From positions 1-32,125 of IMG/VR virus record IMGVR_UViG_2541047945_000009: a stretch of DNA of 32,125 nucleotides; one strand, written 5' to 3'. How positions within the stretch are numbered: the first letter of the stretch is position 1; each line of letters opens with the position of its first letter. The notes beneath the pieces were generated by a model. That model was not told the origin of the DNA and did not search any database. It saw only the letters and a list, made by a program, of their open reading frames with translations. This document shows, piece after piece, positions 28,722 through 32,125 of the stretch. Origin of the DNA: a virus (Duplodnaviria; Heunggongvirae; Uroviricota; Caudoviricetes). The translations under genes and the position numbers were made by a program.

Positions 28722-29817
28722 ACGGCTGCGTGATGAATCAATTGCTCATGCAGTCTGGATATCCCGCTATAGCACTGGCGTGGCTGCCAGAATGGTGAAA
28801 ATACTGAATGACAGCGATGCGGAACTTACTGCTCGCCTGCTGATAGCACTGGACAGCCTCGATCCAGGTAGTTTTACCGTTAAGCGCCTGGAGTCACTTC
28901 TGGCGAGCGTCAGAGAGGTTAACCGCACTGCTATTAACAGCATGTTTACCAGTCTCTCCGGAGAGCTGAACGAGCTGGCAATTTATGAGGCTGGTTATCA
29001 GTTAAGTCTGTTTGATTCTATGCTACCTGATTTTGTTGCTGATGTTCACCCTCTGGTTGGTATCTCTCCTGATGCACTTTATGCCGCTGCAATGGCGCGA
29101 CCATTCCAGGGACGACTGCTCAGTGAGTGGGCCTCAGATCTTGAGGCGGATCGGCTCAGACGCATAACAAATACAGTGCGTCAGGGTTTTTTGCTGGGGG
29201 ATACCAATGAGCAGATCGCAAGAAAAATTCGGGGACATGTCAGTAAGGGATTTCAGGATGGTGCATTGCAGATGAGCCGGGCTAATGCGGCCAGCATTGC
29301 AAAAACAGCGGTTGGACATCTTGCTGCTACTGCCCGTGAGAGTTTTGCCAGCGCGAATAATGATTTGATTAAGGGTAAGCAATGGTTATCAACGCTTGAT
29401 AATCGTACTACGCCACAATGTCGAATCAGGGATCGCCTCAAATATACGCTGAATAATAAACCTGTAGGTCACAGCGTGCCTTATTTGCAGGGGCCGGGAA
29501 AAATTCATTTCTGCTGCCGCTCAACGGAAACGTTCATTCTGAAATCAGCGAAGGAACTGGGTATTGATGTTCGCGATATTTCCCCGGCTGAGCGGGCCAG
29601 CATGGATGGCGTGGTGGCCGGAGATACAACCTACAGGGAATGGTTTTTGCGTCAGCCTTACACCAGACAAAAACAGATTGTGGGGGAAAGCCGAGCAAAG
29701 CTGATTCGGGATGGTGGTATGTCGCCAGATGAATTTTACACCGATAAAGGCGAATGGCTGACGCTGAAGCAGCTCCGTGAGCGTGATGCACAGGTATTCA
29801 GAAAAGCAGGGATTTAA
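28702..29817 (+). CDS. Head morphogenesis protein (Mu F / SPP1 gp7 family-like)
   Basis: 371-aa ORF following the portal; contains the TTPQCR-type motif I associate with this family. Confidence 0.65.
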   Translation: MMQTVNERLRDESIAHAVWISRYSTGVAARMVKILNDSDAELTARLLIALDSLDPGSFTVKRLESLLASVREVNRTAINSMFTSLSGELNELAIYEAGYQLSLFDSMLPDFVADVHPLVGISPDALYAAAMARPFQGRLLSEWASDLEADRLRRITNTVRQGFLLGDTNEQIARKIRGHVSKGFQDGALQMSRANAASIAKTAVGHLAATARESFASANNDLIKGKQWLSTLDNRTTPQCRIRDRLKYTLNNKPVGHSVPYLQGPGKIHFCCRSTETFILKSAKELGIDVRDISPAERASMDGVVAGDTTYREWFLRQPYTRQKQIVGESRAKLIRDGGMSPDEFYTDKGEWLTLKQLRERDAQVFRKAGI

Positions 29818-29836
29818 ATAAATCATTTATTACAAC

Positions 29837-29864
29837 AGGCTACCTTCGGGTGGCCTTTTTTATT
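29837..29864 (+). terminator. Intrinsic terminator-like hairpin within the late operon
   Basis: AGGCTACC-TTCG-GGTGGCCT (one G-U wobble) followed by TTTTTTATT, just after the head morphogenesis gene. Confidence 0.4.
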
Positions 29865-29921
29865 GCTGCGATCCGGATGGTGAGCAGCGTAACTGTCGGA
29901 AGACTTAAACCAGGTACTAAT

Positions 29922-30686
29922 ATGAAACTGAAAACGGTCGAGATTAACGGAAAACAATACGCAGAAATTGATACTGCTGGCCTGCCAGTTTATGTGCACG
30001 ACGATGGTAAAGAAATTGGCTTCGATGCACCGCTGGCGACAAAAAAAATTACAGAGCTTAATGGCGAGGCAAAAAATCATCGCCTGGCTAAAGAAGCTGC
30101 AGAGGAAAAACTGGCTAAGTTTGCCGCTATCGAAGACCCGAAGAAGGCGATCGAGGCACTGGAAATGCTGTCAAAAATCGACCAGAAAAAGCTGCTCGAT
30201 GCGGGACAGGTTGACCAGGTTAAGGCAGAAATTACGAAAAATTTTCAGCAGCAATTAGATGAAGAAAAGCAACGCTCTCAGATGCTGGAGAAGCAGCTTT
30301 ACGATTCTATGATTGGCGGTAGTTTTGCGGGTTCAAAATATATTGCCGATAAAATTGCGATCCCGGCAGATTTATTACAAGCCCGCTTCGGGCAGGCATT
30401 CAAAGTGGAAGAAGGGAGGATCGTTGCTTATGACGCTTCCGGCAACAAAATTTATTCCCGCGCGAAGCCTGGCGAACTGGCGCAGTTTGATGAGGCGCTG
30501 GAGTTCCTTGTCGAAAATTACCCTCAGAAAGACTACATCCTGAAAGCCAGTGGCAACAATGGCGGCGGCTCCCGTCCGACACAGCATGATATTGGTCAGA
30601 AAACGATGAAACGCTCTGCTTTTGATGCACTGGATGTTGCAGGTAAGCAAAACGCATTGAAAGACGGTATCACAATCGTTGATTAA
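29922..30686 (+). CDS. Putative scaffolding protein
   Basis: About 254 aa from internal Met MKLKTVEINGKQ…; the track ORF start at 29850 would include the terminator hairpin; charged, helical, between head morphogenesis and capsid genes. Confidence 0.45.
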   Translation: MKLKTVEINGKQYAEIDTAGLPVYVHDDGKEIGFDAPLATKKITELNGEAKNHRLAKEAAEEKLAKFAAIEDPKKAIEALEMLSKIDQKKLLDAGQVDQVKAEITKNFQQQLDEEKQRSQMLEKQLYDSMIGGSFAGSKYIADKIAIPADLLQARFGQAFKVEEGRIVAYDASGNKIYSRAKPGELAQFDEALEFLVENYPQKDYILKASGNNGGGSRPTQHDIGQKTMKRSAFDALDVAGKQNALKDGITIVD

Positions 30687-30784
30687 CACATTTGTCAGCT
30701 TCCGGATGGGAGCTGGTGTCAGGGCTGGATAGCTCATTACTCCATCTATTCACAATTACGCAAATTTTTAAGGAATATTTAATT

Positions 30785-31924
30785 ATGGCTGGAAATACCC
30801 TGACCGGGTTGATCCCGACTATTTATACCGCCCTGGATGTTGTATCCCGTGAGCAGGTAGGTTTTATCCCTGCGGTAGCAAAAAACGCAAAAGCTGACGC
30901 CGCAGCAAAAGATCAGACGGTAACCGCGCCAGTTGCGCCTGAGGCGAAAACCGAAGATATCGTACCGGGGCCGTCAGCTCCGAATACCGGTGATCAAAAT
31001 ATTGGCACTGTTGATGTAAAAATTACTAAATCCAAAATGGCACCGGTTAAATGGAATGGTGAAGAACAACTGGCTCTTGGCCCTTCAGGGACTTACAACA
31101 CCATTCTGGCTGATCAGTTCAAGCAGGCTTTTCGCGCCCTTGCAAACGAGGTTGAGGCTGATCTTGGTGCGTTGTATTTCGGTGCTTCCCGCGCCGTGGG
31201 AACCGCAGGGACAACGCCGTTTGGTGTTAAAGATGATCTTTCTGATGCTGCTCTGGCTCGTCAGGTTCTGGAGGATAACGGCGCACCGACAACCGATCTG
31301 CAGATGGTGCTTGGCTCCACTGCCATTGCTAATTTGCGCGGAAAACAGTCTGTATTGTTTAAAGTGAATGAATCCGGCACTGAACAGCTACTGCGTGAGG
31401 GCGTGTTGGGGCGTCTGGAGGGATTCAATATTCACAGTTCGGCAGGTGTGAAACGAGCGCCAAAGGTTGCTGCAACTGGTTATCTCGTGAATGGAGAGAA
31501 AAAAGAAGGCGATGTTCTTATTTCCATTGATACTGGTTCGGGGAGTATTTCTGCAGGTCAGATTGTTACGTTCGCTGGTGATCCGAATCAGTATGTTGTG
31601 GCAGCAGCGACCAGCAATCTGATTACTCTTGCAGCGCCCGGACTGCGTCAGGATCTGGCCGATGATACTGCCATCACAGTTGTTGGGGCCTTTACTGCAA
31701 ATATGGCGTTTGATCGCAACGCGTTTCTGCTGGCATCCCGTACTCCGGCAATGCCGGAAGGTGGCGATAATGCTGATGATGTAATGAATGTTACGGACCC
31801 GATTTCAGGGATTACGTTCCAGATTGCACTGTATCGTCAGTATCGCCAGGTGCGCTATGAAGTTGGACTGGCATGGGGTGTTTCATCAGTGAAGCCGGCA
31901 CATGGTTGTCTGATTCTTGGTTAA
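30785..31924 (+). CDS. Putative major capsid protein
   Basis: 379 aa from MAGNTLTGLIPT… with AAGGA Shine-Dalgarno; position after the scaffold gene; Gly/Ala-rich. Confidence 0.6.
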   Translation: MAGNTLTGLIPTIYTALDVVSREQVGFIPAVAKNAKADAAAKDQTVTAPVAPEAKTEDIVPGPSAPNTGDQNIGTVDVKITKSKMAPVKWNGEEQLALGPSGTYNTILADQFKQAFRALANEVEADLGALYFGASRAVGTAGTTPFGVKDDLSDAALARQVLEDNGAPTTDLQMVLGSTAIANLRGKQSVLFKVNESGTEQLLREGVLGRLEGFNIHSSAGVKRAPKVAATGYLVNGEKKEGDVLISIDTGSGSISAGQIVTFAGDPNQYVVAAATSNLITLAAPGLRQDLADDTAITVVGAFTANMAFDRNAFLLASRTPAMPEGGDNADDVMNVTDPISGITFQIALYRQYRQVRYEVGLAWGVSSVKPAHGCLILG

Positions 31925-31966
31925 ACATTCAAACGGGGCTTCGGCCCCATTTTTAATGGGGGGCAT

Positions 31967-32125
31967 ATGGCCGGATTAACTAAAGAGCAAAGAGCACAGC
32001 GTGAAGCCGCACAAAAAACGCAAATTGAGTTAGTGGTTATGGTGACCGATTATCAGATGTTTCCCGGCGCACCAACTATCGCTAATGTTCATCCTGATGA
32101 AGTTGACAACTGGAAGGCTATGTGA
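31967..32125 (+). CDS. Small hypothetical head-region protein (52 aa)
   Basis: Hand-translated MAGLTKEQRAQREAAQKTQIELVVMVTDYQMFPGAPTIANVHPDEVDNWKAM; below the ORF-track length cutoff; stop at the window end. Confidence 0.3.
   Translation: MAGLTKEQRAQREAAQKTQIELVVMVTDYQMFPGAPTIANVHPDEVDNWKAM

Overview
The window is almost entirely one lambdoid prophage of the Rac type (Escherichia coli-like), running from the integrase end into the head genes. Gene identities were recognised from memory of the K-12 Rac proteins and phage lambda/21 lysis proteins; no database search was run. Minus strand, 1-8164: integrase, excisionase, ydaC, ralR, recT, recE, racC, ydaE, kilR, with sieB on plus, then ydaF, ydaG (in-frame amber) and the racR repressor. 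Plus strand, 8244-32125: ydaS-ydaT, replication genes ydaU/ydaV/ydaW, an AT-rich island carrying a 752-aa NACHT/STAND-like P-loop NTPase, an intact IS2 with 5-bp target duplication, a coupled nin-like operon ending in a Q-like gene, two paralogous lipoproteins resembling TolA domain III, a phage-21-type lysis cassette, trkG, a ParB-like protein, a GT-A-like protein, terminase, portal, head morphogenesis, scaffold and capsid genes. Unlike K-12 Rac, this copy keeps its lysis and packaging/head genes. The strongest candidates for undescribed biology are the NTPase island (11666-14964) and the TolA-domain-III lipoprotein pair (18893-19868). Hand-derived coordinates (internal starts, hairpins) may be off by 1-2 nt.
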